DNA of 64,000 bases from Octopus sinensis (Eukaryota): assembly GCF_006345805.1 (NCBI RefSeq), contig NC_043001.1:108810001-108874000 (forward strand), written 5' to 3'. Within the stretch, counting starts at the first letter, position 1; each line of letters starts with the position of its first letter. A program made the position numbers and the translations under genes. The notes under the pieces are model-generated. The model was not told the DNA's origin and ran no database searches. It saw only the letters and a program-made list of their open reading frames with translations. Below are positions 25,440-39,769 of this stretch, piece after piece.

Positions 25440-26150
25440 ATATTCATTTTTATACCGGACATCTTGATCTAATTCTACAATTACAACTGAGGTGATGATT
25501 TCTGATATTAGTATTATTTAGGAACAAGCTGTTTTCATTGTTATTATTAGAACCATTATTAACATTAGTATTAATTTCCCCTATCTATTGTTATGTAAGC
25601 TATGGTTGTTTGTTACTAATTTCAACAGCCAATTTACCGGTTAGAGAACATTTTTTATTTAAAATTATATAATAAAGGTAGAAATTGATATTAATCAATT
25701 AAAACCCCAGCGCGCCAAAGTGAAGACATTTGAAAAATACACCCAAATATAATTTGTAGAACTTTATACATGCCCGGTTTCAGTTGATCGTTCTGTATCT
25801 AGTTCTGGAAATTGTGTATAGTAAGCGACAGACTACGCTGATGAACTTGCAGATATCTGCGTGTTTACATACGTAGATATTAACAAGTGAAACCATTGGT
25901 ACGTAGGTAATCGTTTTTTATTTCGTATATTTTCATTTGTCTTGCTCGTTTTTACATTTTCGCGTTTTGCTGAGATTTTCCTTGAGAACACATTCTTCGT
26001 GGTAATGGTGATTTGAGTCTATGTTTAACATATTAGGTGTCCACTTTAATGGTCATACCTCTTAATTTTGTATGAAATAAAATTTTTAATCTTGGGAAAT
26101 TTTTAGATATGCTAAGCTACTAGTTTTAATTGATTAAATCAATTTCTACC
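25440..26150 (-). mobile_element. Heavily decayed Penelope-like relic
   Basis: The minus strand encodes SCNCRIRSRCP near 25460-25495, preceded by a KLA...IAY.NNR-like stretch. The HHR motif lies immediately downstream. Confidence 0.5.
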
Positions 26151-26379
26151 TTTATTATTTAATTATATATAGTATATTAGCAATCACAATATATAATATA
26201 TTATATATATATATATTATATATATATATATATATATCTATATATATATATAATATATATAATATGTGTGTTGTGTGTGTGTGTGTGTGTGTGTGTGGTG
26301 GGTTGTAGTTGAGAGGAAAAGGGGTTAAGAATCCATACAAATGAAAAATTATGGTTGAGAGCCGAACTTACGTTTTAAC

Positions 26380-26415
<36 letters not shown>

Positions 26416-26427
26416 CACAAATATACT

Positions 26428-26492
<65 letters not shown>

Positions 26493-27169
26493 TCGCACGT
26501 CTACATATAGATATATATTACTCATACGATACACATACACACAAACACGGAGCACACACAAATACACACACGCACTTGCATGCATACATATTTACAAGCA
26601 TACTCACACATGTGTTTATGTGTATGTTTCTGTGTGTGTATCAATACACATGCCCCTATATATGTATAGATATATTACTTAAATTTCGATATACAGATAG
26701 CAGTGTTCTTTTGTATTGATCACGTGCTTTTCAAGGTAGGCGTGTAATCATTTAACCACCATGTGCGTGGGTAAACATGTTATATTTCCAACCGGATTTT
26801 GTGATTGCTAATTCGTAATTACCAAATCTAATAGTTGTCAAAAATATCCGCTGGTGATTACTACCTGTGTTATTTCTTAATCTCACCTTGGCAACAATCT
26901 AGTATTTTTTTTATATATATTTTTTCCTAAAACCATTCATCCTAACAACGAAACCCACAACCGTTTTGTAAATGGAGATTACTTTTGTGTTGAAATGATT
27001 CAACAAGCATTCATCACCTATCCTCCTTTTTGCCGTCTTACCACTCTGCAAACGTACTATTAATGGAGTCTTATAAACGCATTATCAAAGCACTCTATTA
27101 TGTGCGGAGGCCTGAAACAGAACATCGTAATGTTTGGAGCTAACTTCCAATACTTATAATGAACACTGC

Positions 27170-27254
<85 letters not shown>

Positions 27255-27258
<4 letters not shown>

Positions 27259-27473
27259 TAGAAAAACACACCTTTTATCAATTCAAAATGAATAATCAAA
27301 TTACACCATCTAGAAAATTACCTATTATATACGTTATACTATTTTTGTAATTTACTTAATCTTTACTTTTTAATTGTTATTTTAACTTTAACCTTTCTAT
27401 TATATGTAATTTTCTAGATGGTGTAATTTAATTATTCATTTTGAATCGATAAAAGGTGTTTTTTTTCTAATAT
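27255..27473. mobile_element. Palindromic MITE-like element in a (TA)n tract
   Basis: ~66 bp imperfect inverted termini ATATTAGAAAAACACACCTTTTATC...CATCTAGAAAATTAC and GTAATTTTCTAGATGG...GATAAAAGGTGTTTTTTTTCTAATAT. Confidence 0.75.
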
Positions 27474-27591
27474 ATTATATATATATATATATATATTGTG
27501 TGGAATTTGATTTAGTATTTCTAAATTGAATTCTTTTTCCTTGTAAGTTTGAATTTTATTCTCCCAAATAATAATAATTATATATATATTA

Positions 27592-27645
<54 letters not shown>

Positions 27646-27749
27646 ATAGATATATATATATATATATATACAGATATATATATATATATATACAGATATA
27701 TACATACATACATACATATATTAACATCTATATATATATGTATATATAG

Positions 27750-28060
27750 ATCGCTAGCCACTACACATTCTTTATTTTATCTCCTTGTTTCTTTCTGTAT
27801 TCCTTTCTGTGGAAGTGCGTAGGCTCGAAACGTTAAAGACTTTTTCACTTCCAGAGCGTTATACTAATACACCTGTTTGTTGTCTACACCACTTGTCTTC
27901 GTCTTTTTTTGTGAAATCTCCCCCTATATATACATATGCTCCGCTCGAAACGTTAAACCCTCCTTCTTCCCTTCTTTCCTGAGCGTCCAATAATACTTTA
28001 TTTGTTCCACGTCCTCGCGTTGTTGTGTTTTTTTGTTTTTTTTTGTGTTTTCTTGTTTGG
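27750..28060 (+). mobile_element. TA-flanked short repeat with two hammerhead-like motifs (PLE pLTR-like)
   Basis: 27803-27838 reads CUUU-CUGUGGA-A-GUGC-guag-GCUC-GAAACGUU-AAAG. A second 3' half, GCUC-GAAACGUUA-AACCC, lies at ~27943-27960. Both cores deviate from canonical. Confidence 0.4.
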
Positions 28061-28137
28061 ATTAACTATATATATATATATATATAAGTATGGTGTATAT
28101 ATATATATATTATATATGTTGTGTATATATATATATG

Positions 28138-28192
<55 letters not shown>

Positions 28193-28209
28193 ATATATAT
28201 GTGTGTGTA

Positions 28210-28249
<40 letters not shown>

Positions 28250-28254
28250 ATGTA

Positions 28255-28302
<48 letters not shown>

Positions 28303-28375
28303 TTGTATATAATATTATATATGTGTATATATATATATATATAAGAATATATATATAAAGTATATATATATATAT

Positions 28376-30836
28376 GATTGATTGATTGATTGATTCTAGT
28401 TTCAGCTTATGAGCTGTGGCCATGCTGGGGCAACCGCCATTTGGTGTTGCTACTTGGTTTCACTTCATGAAGGCTTTCTAGCAACTGCTATTGGTGCATG
28501 AGAGAGTTCGATGCAGCTGCCCTCGTCTGCCCCTCCTGTCGTGAAGTTGGTTCATCTGGGACACCTGACAGGAAGAGATCCAGCTTCATTTTAAAGACAT
28601 CTGTATCCACCCCATGCAGGTCTCTCAGGTTCTTCGGGAGGATATTGAAGAGCTGTGGGCCTCGGAAGCCCAGGCTATCACAGAATCTTGTCCTACATCT
28701 TGATGGCAAGTTTGGAGTCCTAGGCACCACGCAGTGGCGCCCAGTTCTGGCATTTGCGTAACTCTCATGCTAAAGTTCAGGACACTTCCCTCCAGGATCT
28801 TACAGATGTATTATGGCATATCTTTCCCGCCTACGCTCCAGGGAATATAATTTTAATTTCTGAGTCTTTCCCAGTAGCTTACATTCTGCATAGAGGCTAT
28901 CTTCTTCGTGTAGCTACGTTGGATCGCCTCGAGCTCTGTGATCACTTGACACTGGATGGTGACCATAACTGAGAGCAGTAGTCAAAGTGGCTTAGGACAA
29001 GTGTCCTCCAGAGGACCATCATGGTTTCTTGTTCTCTTGTTCTAAAGGTTCTGAGGATCCATCCGGCCAGTCGTCTACATTTCATTGCCAATTTAGCAAC
29101 ATGTACACGAAAGGTCGCGTCATCACTCATGTAAATACCTAGGTCACGCACTGATTGTGCCTCTGGGATTGCTATTCCTCCGGGTCCAGTGTATTCATTG
29201 GGTATTGCATCTAGTTTTGCATGCTGATAGTATAGAGCTTGAAACTTTTCAGCATTGAACTGCATGCTATTCTTTTCGCCCACTTGTATATTTTGTCTAG
29301 CTCACATTGCAGGTGTTTTGTGTCCTCAGGGTTCTGTATTGCCTGTGAACTTTTGTATCATCTGCATAACTTGTGATCGTGGCTCTCTGCGTGGCTGAGG
29401 GCATGTCTGAGAGGGCCATTATGAACAGTAGTGGTCCCGAACAGTGCCCTGCGGAACACCGCTCACTATTTGCGTGTTAATGGAAGTGGCCCCATTGGCC
29501 ACTACCACCTGACTTCTATCTTTCAGAAAGTCATGAAGCCATTCTCCCAGTTTTCCAACTATGTTGAGATCACGCAGTTTGTGACATATCATTCCATGAT
29601 CGACTTTATCAAAGGCCTTTGCAAAGTCGAGATATATCACTTCACATTTGAGTGGTTGAGCAGCCGTTTCAGCACCACGTCATAGTGTTGTAGGAGCTGA
29701 GTTAAACAGCTTCTCCCTGGTCGAAACCATGTTGGGTGTCGGGCAGCAAGTCATTTCTTCAAGGAAGGTGATCAGCTTCCTTCTGACTATTCGTTCCATG
29801 ACCTTGCTGATGCGTGAGGTCAGAGAGATAGGTCTATAGTTCTTGGCTTCCGCTCTGCTACCTCCTTTATGAATGGGGCATATTTTACCTTCCTTCAGTT
29901 TTCTTGGGAGTTTTGCCAGCTGCAAGGAAGCTCTGAAAGAGGAACTGCAGTGGTCTTGCTAGGACTCTCTTACATGCTTTTAGGAGGATTGCCGGGAATC
30001 CATCGGGGCCAGTAGCTGAGTCTGTTTTCATTTCATCTATAGCCTTGATTACATCGTCTTCCTTTATATCGATGTAATCTATCGTCGCCGCCTCTGATTT
30101 TATATTGCAGTGGTAAAAAAGTCAGTTGGATTGGTGATTTGGAGATGCCCAAGGGGTGGAGTGAAAACACTCTTGAATTGCTCATTCAGTATTTCACTTA
30201 CCCTCATTGGTTTTCCTGTAAGTGTGCCATCCTTTTCGATGAGTGGCCCTATTCTACAGTGCACCGTAGCTGTTTCTTTGGCATACCTGTAGAAAGCTCT
30301 GGGGTTAGATTTTATGTTGTCTATAGCCCAAGCTTCTTTGTCTGCTCTTTCCTTTTCATGGGAGAGTTTCAGACATTTTTCGATTTCCAACAGTTTTATT
30401 TTTAGGCGGGACTTTTCACTGCTTTCAATCTGTTTGTTTAGGCGATTTGAAAATTTTGTACGCCGTCTCATTAGAATTTTCCTCTCTCTGGGGATTTTGT
30501 TCTTGTGTACAGTGGCCTTTCTCTCTGGGACATATTTGTAGCATATGGCTTGCATTACAGACATGAATTGTTGAAGTTTCACGTCGATGTCTGGCGAGGA
30601 GAGACATTTAGGCCAGTTTTGTTTGAGGATCTCTTTCTCAATTTGTTTCTAGTTTGCCTTATGGTAGTTCAAGCTGGAAAGATTCTGGGGTTTTTCTTGT
30701 AGGCTGCATGTCCGTGCTCTCTTTTGGCCCGTACATGGTCAGCTCTATCATGTTGTGATCCGAGAGTAGTGTCGGTGTCACTTTCACATTATGGATGAGA
30801 TCCATGTCATTTGTGAAGCAGAGATCCAGTGTGTTA
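28376..30836 (-). mobile_element. CR1-like LINE, 5'-truncated (end of APE through RT to 3' end), copy A
   Basis: NTLDLCFTN...SDHN (APE end), NYRPISLTS, YLDFAKAFDKVDH, GVPQGTV, YADDT, LVLSHFDYCSQLWSP and an (AATC)n tail. Many single-base frameshifts. Confidence 0.95.
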
Positions 30837-30865
30837 TATATATATTTAATAAATATATATATATA

Positions 30866-30905
<40 letters not shown>

Positions 30906-31013
30906 TATATATATATATTTATATATATATATATATATATATATAAATATATAATAATATATATATATATTTATATATATTATATATATATAGATATATA
31001 TAAAATATATATA

Positions 31014-31052
<39 letters not shown>

Positions 31053-31055
31053 TAT

Positions 31056-31118
<63 letters not shown>

Positions 31119-31268
31119 TATATATAAATATATATATATATAAATATATTATATATATTATAAATATATATATATTTATATATATATATTTATATAAATA
31201 TATATATATATTTATATATATATATATATATAATAAATATATATAAATATATATATATATATATTTAT

Positions 31269-31270
<2 letters not shown>
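30836..31270. repeat. Imperfect (TA)n microsatellite between the two CR1 copies
   Basis: Direct reading. Confidence 0.95.
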
Positions 31271-31302
<32 letters not shown>

Positions 31303-32588
31303 CTAGTTTCAGCTTATGAGCTGTGGCCATGCTGGGGCACCGCCATTTGGTGTTGCTACTTGGTTTCACTTCATGGAGGCTTTCTAGCAACTGCTATTTG
31401 GTGCATGAGAGAGTTCGATGCAGCTGCCCTCATCTGCCCCTCCTGCCGTGAAGTTGGTTCATCTGGGACACCTGACAGGAAGAGATCCAGCTTCATTTTA
31501 AAGACATCTGTATCCACCCCATGCAGGTCTCTCAGGTTCTTCGGGAGGATATTGAAGAGCTGTGGGCCTCGGAAGCCCAGGCTATCACAGAATCTTGTCC
31601 TACATCTTGATGGCAGGTTTGGAGTCCTAGGCACCACGCAGTGGCGCCCAGTTCTGGCATTTGCGTAACTCTCGATGCCAAAGTTCAGGACACTTCCCTC
31701 CAGGATCTTCCAGATGTATATTATGGCATATCTTTCCCGCCTACGCTCCAGGGAATATAATTTTAATCTCTTGAGTCTTTCCCAGTAGCTTACATTATGC
31801 ATAGAGGCTATCTTCTTCGTGTAGCTTCGTTGGATCGCCTCAAGTTCTGTGATCAACTTGACACTGGATGGTGACCATAGCTGAGAGCAATAGTCAAAGT
31901 GGCTTAGGACAAGTGTCTTCCAGAGGACCATCATGGTTTCTTGTTCTCTTGTTCTAAAGGTTCTAAGTATCCATCCAGCCAGCCGTCTACATTTCATTGT
32001 CAGTTTAGCACATGTACATGAAAGGTCGCGTCATCACTCATGTGAATACCCAGGTCACGCACTGATTGTGCCTCTGGGATTGCAATCCCTCCGGGTCCAG
32101 TGTATTCATTCGGTATTGCATTCAGTTTTGCATGCTGATAGTATGCTTGAAACTTTCCAGCATTGAACTGCATGCTATTCTTTTTCAGCCCACTTGTATA
32201 TTTCGTCCAGCTCACATTGCAGGTGTTTAGTGTCCTCAGGGTTCTGTATTGCCTGTGAAACTTTGTTATCATCTGCATAACTTGTGATCGTGGCTCTCTG
32301 CGTGGCTGAGGGCATGTCTGAGAGAGGCCATTATGAACAGTAGTGGTCCCAGAACAGTGCCCTGCGGAACACCGCTCACTATTTGTGTGTTAATGGAGGT
32401 GGCCCCATTGGCTACTACCACCTGACTTCTATCCTTCAGAAAGTCATGAAGCCATTCTCCCAGTTTTCCAACTATGTTGAGATCACGCAGTTTGTGACAT
32501 ATCATTCCATGATCGACTTTATCAAAGGCCTTTGCAAAGTCGAGATATATCACTTCCACATTTGAGTGGTTGAGCAGCCGTTTCAGCA
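31271..32588 (-). mobile_element. CR1-like LINE, 5'-truncated, copy B
   Basis: ORFs 32269..32589, 32000..32278 and 31371..31997 (KAFDKVDH, PQGTVLGPLLF, LKLYSLERRRERY) and an (AATC)n tail. Very similar to copy A. Confidence 0.95.
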
Positions 32589-32599
32589 TATATATATAT

Positions 32600-32741
32600 A
32601 AATGGGTGCTTGCTTACCAACCACATGCTTCCGGGTTCAGTCCCACTGTGTGGCATCTTGCGCAAGTGTCTTCTACTATAGCCTATGGCTGACCAGAGCC
32701 TTGTGAGTGGATTTGGTTAACTGAAACTGAAAGAAGCCTAT

Positions 32742-32790
<49 letters not shown>

Positions 32791-32890
32791 TATGCATAGT
32801 GTGCATGTTTGTGTGTCTGTGTTTGTCCTCTAACCATCGTTTGACAACCAATGCTGGTTTGTTTACGTCCCCGTAACTTAGCGGTTCGAC
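32600..32890 (+). mobile_element. CORE-like SINE family B, partial
   Basis: CCACATGCTTCCGGGTTCAGTCCCACTG...GCAAGTGTCTTCTACTATAGCC, an internal (TA)n and TTTACGTCCCCGTAACTTAGCGGTTCG. Confidence 0.8.
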
Positions 32891-33325
32891 TTTTATATAT
32901 ATATGTGTGTGTGTGTGTGTGTGCATATGTCCGCTACCTGTGACATAATCACACACGTAGTCTTTGGGTTCTCTAAGAAAAATGTATACTTTTTGTAGTA
33001 CACAATATTTTAATAATTTATAAATATTTTTGACTGAATGTGATTTCAAAAATATAAGTTATTTGTACAGTAAATATTTATGTTCTAGCTTTCTTTAAAC
33101 AAACAATATTTTATTGTTTCTTTTAATTATTCTCAAGTCATTAATTTCCGTAAAAAAATTCATTTATTTACTTTTGTTTTAAAGTGAAAGAAAGGAGAAA
33201 GTGAAAGATGTATGTAGGTGTATATGAAATGGACGTGTGTGTGTGGAAGATTGACCTTGAACGTTGCTGTGCATGCGCACTAAGTTTTAACGTTGTAGCT
33301 CACTTCCGCTGTTTACAGCGGTGCT

Positions 33326-33890
33326 TGGAAGGAACGTGTGTAGCGTCTGATCATTGCATTGACCACGACAAAGAAAGATCTCCCGGCGATACATGCTCAG
33401 AGACCTACGTAAAGTTGCAGAAAGCGTATGGAGAGCGTGTATGAGCCGCACACGGGTGTACGAGTGGTTTAGACGTTTCCAAGAACATTCTCGGAGACCC
33501 GCAACCAGCAGAACTGAGAAAAATATTGCAGATGTGCATGCAATTGTGAGGGGAAAATCGTCGAATCACGATCCGCGAGTTATCGGAGCATGTGCAGATT
33601 AGTTACGGTTCAGTTCAGTCCATTATCACTGAAGATTTGGGTATGAGAGGCGTGTCTGCTAAGTTTGTGCCAAAATCGCTTTCAGCTGTCCATGAAGACA
33701 TTCGTATTTCATTTGCACAAGATCTCCTTTGATTGTGTCGAGAACGATGAAAACTTTTTGGAAACTTTGGGTAGGCCTCTGAGCAGGTACCATTAAGCCT
33801 TTGGCAAAATTTGACGCAAATTCTCTGCTCACCTTTCTCTGTCATGTTCAATGCGACGATCACACGCTACACACGTTCCTTCCAATTTCT
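33326..33890. mobile_element. Rearranged mariner relic (N-terminal transposase on + with an inverted N-terminal copy on -)
   Basis: Plus strand: TCSETYVKLQKAYG...MSRTRVYEWFRRF...RRITIRELSE...EDLGMRGVSAKFVPK. Minus strand 33780-33863: MTEKGEQRICVKFCQRLNGTCSEAY. GGAAGGAACGTGTGTAGCGT is present in both orientations. Confidence 0.75.
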
Positions 33891-35252
33891 ATCCATCTTT
33901 GTTACTATGGCAATAGTCCTTATACTTATTGATCAGACCACGTATAGGATCCCGTCGTTCTCCGCTATCGTTTGCACCAATGTTAACATAAAAAATGCCC
34001 TCCGCGTCACATGCCCTCATTCAGATTCAGCCATTATAAAAGAAAAGTAACAACTGTCTTGCTTAGAGTATAGTTGCTATTCCCCGCTCTCCTCTGATGT
34101 TAAAGCAAAATATAACCGCACCAGTGAGTAGCATTTACGCACAAAATAATAATAATCCACGACATCCTATTCGGCAAACTTGTGTCTATTAATATCGCGA
34201 ATGTCTTTGAACTAATTAACTATTGTAAGCCCATCTTTTAACTGCTAGATGCTAACCGTTCTAATATTATCATTAATCTTGCTCATTATTTTTCAACTAA
34301 TCGACCCAAACCAGGATTAGGCGGGGCTGGGAAGTTTCTATTTTGAGATGAAAAGTAATATGACCCATATTGTGATAGATGCTTTGTATTTGGCGAGTGT
34401 TTCTAATCTGGTTCAGACTTTTAATTTAGTTGCTATTTTGTTGCTCCCTTATTTATCCTATGATTGGTTTATACGTATGTGTGCTGGTTTTCCAAAACTT
34501 TTGATTAATAATCATCGTAGATGTTGTGAGACATGTCTGCAAAGTAAACGTTTTTTTACTAATTTTCCTTATGTCAGACTTCTCAGCCGTGCAGATCCAG
34601 ACCCATTTATCTTTTACCTTTTACTCGCTTCAGTAATGGGACTGTGGTCATGCTGAGGCACCACCCTGAAGGGTTTAGGGGAACAAATCAACCCCAGTAC
34701 TTTTTTAAAGTCTGTAACTTATTCTATCAGTCTCTTTTGCAGAACCACTACGTCACGGGAACATAAACAAATGAACACCAGTTGTAAAGCTGTGATGAGG
34801 TACAAACACAAGCACAGACACTGAATCTCAAGCATCTCTTGAAAACAGCATGCAACATTAGTAAATAACCACCAACAAACAGTAGTAAGACTATAAGTAA
34901 AGAAACAAAGAAAATATCACTTGAATTAAAATTAGACTGACCAAAGACGAAGCATTTATTGCAGTCAAGCACAACAATGAAACATTTTACTTCTAATTTC
35001 AAACGCATTCTTATCAATCCTGCCATATCCGAGATTAAGCTAATCAATGAGAAAAATAATTATCGAAAAACAACGATAACATAAAATACGACTGACCTCC
35101 AGCAATGAAAAAGTAGCCATTTAATAATTAATTGTCACTCATCACCGATATCTGATCGATAAGGCACATGTCTTCTTGTCTGTCAAACAGCCATGACCGT
35201 GTGAGAAATTAACTGTCTACATATGCATACAAAACGCACGCACGCACACACA

Positions 35253-35326
<74 letters not shown>

Positions 35327-36030
35327 TTATATCAGTCGTTGGTTTCAGCTTGCGTGAGTTTGCCCTCTCTTTGTTGGCGCCATAAATACTATTGCATTCT
35401 TTATTTGGTATGTGATGCATGGGAAGTTTGAGGACTTTTCTCCCCTTGGGTGTTTCTTGCAATATACAAATTTTGTTTTCAGGCGTAAGTCTTGACTCAT
35501 CGAACAAACCCATGCGAGAAAGCGTTGCACTTGAGGGAAGAATAGTATTAAGGGAGGCATTATTAAGCCACGTGATGAGGGGTTAATGTATGACCGAAAG
35601 ACAAAAATAGCTGTCTTTTTGTACAGGAGAGACACGATTTCTCCTTTCGGAAAAGGAAAGAGACAAGACGGTGGTAATGATGTGTTGGGGCGTACCTTTA
35701 AGTTACATGAAGGTAGCTATAAGAGACGTGGTAAGGGCAAATAAATATGTTCGTGAGAATGCGAAAGGTGTGTGGCAGATGGATAGAAATTTATATAGAG
35801 GAATGTGATTCCAATAAATGGAGCTTTTTAAGTGAAAGCGAAATCAATTGAAAGAGCCTTCTCCGACAACACTCCGCTCTGGTTCGGTACGTTTATTCAT
35901 TGAATCCTACCGAATATTTGAAAGACAAACCCTTGGTTGGGTTTCAAGTCAGAGTGGTGATGGCCACCAGAAATCCCGCATGGTATTTCATTCACCTCTT
36001 TAATGACTTTTCTAATTAAACTTAGTGAAG

Positions 36031-36358
36031 GCACATGGCTCAGTGGTTAGAGCGTCAAGCTTACGATCGTGAGGTTGTGAGTTCGAATCCCAGACCGGGC
36101 TGCATGTTGTGGTCTTGAGCAAGACACTTTATTACACATTGCTCCAGTTCCCTCAGCCGTAGAAATTAGTTGCGACATCATTACTGCCAAGCTGTACCAG
36201 CCTTTGCCTTTCCCTTGGATAACATTGGTGGCGTGGAGAGGGGAGGCCGGTATGCATTGGCGACTGCTGGTCTTCCATAAACAACCTTGCCCGGACTTGT
36301 GCCTGGGAGGGTAACTTTCTAGGTGCAATCCCATGGTCAGTCATGACTGAAGGGCTCT
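36031..36358 (+). mobile_element. tRNA-derived SINE family C, full length (partial repeat at 36600-36770)
   Basis: GGCACATGGCTCAGTGGTTAGAGCG (A box) ... GAGTTCGAATCCC (B box) ... TTGAGCAAGACACTT ... CAGTCATGACTGAAGGG. Confidence 0.85.
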
Positions 36359-37340
36359 CTGAATTAAAATTAACGTATGTAAAAAAATAAGAAGAAATGT
36401 TTCCTTCACGAGCCATATCATGCTCAAAAGAGTCGGTTTCCAGGTTTCAGCGGTGTATATCTATCTTCTCTACCTGGATGGGACGCTGATCCCTTGCAGG
36501 ATTAATCATTTTTGTCAGCTGAGTGCTTTACTCATTTTTGCCATCTGAGTGCTTTACTCAAGAACACAACGCATCGCCCGGCCCAGGAATTGAAACCATA
36601 ATCTTACGATCGTGAGGTTGTGAGTTAGAATCCCAGACCGGGCTGCATGTTGTGCTCTTGAGCAAGACACTTTATTTCACATTGCTCCAGTTCCCTCAGC
36701 TGTAGAAATTAGTTGCGACATCATTACTGCCAAGCTGTATCAGCCTTTGCCTTTCCCTTGGATAACACCCAAACCACTAAGCCACACGCGTCCCCCAAAC
36801 TTAACGTATATATATGTAACCTTAGAGTCGTTTACCCGTGTGATACGCTGTTTCCCATTCTGGTTTCGTTCTTTTCCTCCAAATTCTCTCTCTCTCTCTC
36901 TTTCTCTCCCTCGCTCCCTCTCTCTCTTTCTCTCTCTCTCTCTGTCTCTCTGCAAACATGCAAACACGAAAAACTATAGGCATATATTTATGGCTACTAA
37001 TTGATATTTGCATAGAACTGCAATCGATATAATTCCTGTTGGCAGATATAAGGTGAAGTATCAACTGTCTTTATGAATAATCACGTATTTTGATTACATA
37101 TTTTGTAAGCAACGTAAGTGTTTCTCTAATCATTTGTTTACTCACCAGCCTAAGTTCATATGCTGTCAAGGAAATACAACAGATCCAACAATGTACGAAT
37201 AAAATGACTTGTATTTGGTTAACTCTTAGTTCGAATCTCGTCAAGATCGACATTCCACTTTGATTTACGTCTTTCTAGAGTCGGTAAAACAAATACCACT
37301 CAAAGACTAGAATCAATATAATTAATTATACGTCTTTATA

Positions 37341-38330
37341 GGCGGCGAGATGGCAGAAACGTTAGCACGCCGGGCAAAAGGCTTAGCGGTATTTCGTCTG
37401 CTGCTACGTTCTGAGTTCAAATTCCGCCGAGGTCGACTTTGCCTTTCATCCTTTCGGGGTCGATTAAATAAGTACCAGTACTGGGGTCGAAGTAATCGAC
37501 TTAATCCGTTTGTCTGTCCTTGTTTGTCCTCTCTATGTTTAGGCTCTTGTGTGTAGTAAAGAAATAAGTAACTCGTCTGTCTTTACGTTCTGAGTTCAAA
37601 TTCTGCCGACTTCGACTTTACCTTTCATCCTTTCGAGGGTGGGGGGGTCAATAAATTAAGTACCAGTTGCGTACTAGGGTCGATATAATCGACTGCCCCC
37701 TCCCCCAAACTTTCGGGACTTGTGCCTAAAGTAGAAAAGTGTATATATGCATACAAAGGCGGCGAGATGGCAGAAACGTTAGCACGCCGGGCGAAATGCT
37801 TATTGGTATTTCGTCTGCCGCTACGTTCTGAGTTCAAATTACGCCGAGGTCGACTTTGCCTTTCATCCTTTCGGGGTCGACTAAATAACTACCAGTTACA
37901 CACTGGGGTCGATATAATCGATTTAATCCGTTTGTCTGTCCTTGTTTGTCCTCTCTGTGTTTAGCCCCTTGTAGGTAGTAAAGAAATAGGTATTTCGTCT
38001 GCCGCTACGTTCTGAGTTCAAATTCCACCGAGGTCGACTTTGCCTTTCATCCTTTCGGGGTCGATTAAATAAGTACCAGTTACGCACTGGGGTTCAACAT
38101 AATCGACTTAATCCGTTTGTCTGTCCTTGATTGTCCCCTCAGTGTTTAGCCCCTTGTAGGCAGTAAAGAAATAAGAAACGTTAGCACGCCGGGCGAAAGG
38201 TTTAGCGTTATTTCGTCTGTCTTTACGTTCTGAGTTCAAATTCTGCCGAGTTCGACTTTGCTTTTCGTCCTTTCGGAGTCGATAAATTAAGTGCCAGTTG
38301 AATACTGGTGTCGATCTAATCGACTGGCCC
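37341..38330 (+). mobile_element. Two adjacent multi-unit SINE family A copies
   Basis: Heads GGCGGCGAGATGGCAGAAACGTTAGC at 37341 and 37758, each followed by 2-3 core units. Confidence 0.9.
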
Positions 38331-39769
38331 TCTTCCTCCCTCCTCAGTTCGCCCCTTCCTCTCTCCCCTGTCGGCTACATGTATGTCATAGAGCTATTTG
38401 ACCAAATAACTCTACTGCACGCCAATTACGACGATCTTTTCCAACCCACGCCAAGTGGAAAGCATTATAAACATGCACAAGATGTGATCCCATATTCCAC
38501 CTGTCATAATTTATTTTACAAATTTTATTCAGGTTTAATGAAACAATAAACGGATTATCATTTATCCCATAAAATTAGATAAAATTGCTGCAAAATGTCA
38601 AACCTGGAAACATACGGATGTCATGCCACTCTTAACATACATCTTATAAAAATTGAAAAGCAAAAACAACCCCTAACAAATATTGAGACGTGATTTGAGT
38701 ATATATTTTGATAACAGCTTTCATAAAATTATTGATTTCTTGGTTAGGAGAAAAAGTTCAATTTTAGTAGGGAAAATGCAGCAGAAATGTTCAAAGTAAT
38801 GTCATTTTCGGGAGCGTAAACATTGTAACAAGAATTGGCTTTGGCCGGATTGATTAAGTGGTTCATAGAATTGATTAACATGGCATTTACCAGTTTATGA
38901 GTGAGAGAATGAAAGTTCTTCTGCAGTCGCTCTCATCATTCGAAATAGCTACTAGATGTCGCTCCACACTCTACTCTCTGAATTGAGCAGGAATGAATAT
39001 GTAATAAAGAAGTTGGTTATACAACTTCACTGCTTTCGTTTGATATCACTGTGCAGTATCCTAGGTAAGTATCCTCAACCAGGATTTGGTAGACGAAAGC
39101 TGTACGAAAGTAAGAAGGAGGTATTGCTGCTGGATTTGGGGTGGTAAACTAGTGGACGACGGGTTCAAGTCACCACGTTGTCCTTGGGTATCTTTAGCGG
39201 AGCCCACAGAGTTGCAATTATTCGAGCCAGATTCTGTTTTGTAACTAGCTTTCTCTTTTACTCATATCAGTCTTGGAGATTCTGAAAAATGTCAGGGCAG
39301 TGTCCTTCTTGCATTGACAGTCCTTAAAATGTTATTTAAAAAAAATGGATGGAAAGGACACGATTAGAATGGGTTTTTTTAATCATAGAACTACTCGATC
39401 TAGTTTCATCCGATGTAACTAGCAACAGCAACTACAATAACTTTATAAGCATTTGTGAAACAACTACCATGAAATTATCAGTGTTTTTAGACAGGTCCTT
39501 AAGTAATGAGTAAATTGAAATAAATTCCTTGGTTCAACATTACTATTTTAGTATTAGTTATACAGGAAGGCAGTGTCGGATTGGTAGAATCGACGGAGCA
39601 GCAGACAGAATATCATGTCCTATGTGGTTGTTTTTACTGTTCCTCCTTTCGGGCTCTTAAAATAAACTACCAGTAATGTAATAGTAACCGTGTAATCGTT
39701 AATATCCCTTCCTCATAATATTCAGCTTTATGTATATGTTTGATATGAATAATTTTTTATATAATATTG

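Noticed and set aside
37341-38330. CRISPR-like or tRNA gene arrays
   Set aside because: The repeats are ~184 bp SINE core units without unique spacers. The heads have A/B-box-like motifs but no complete cloverleaf.
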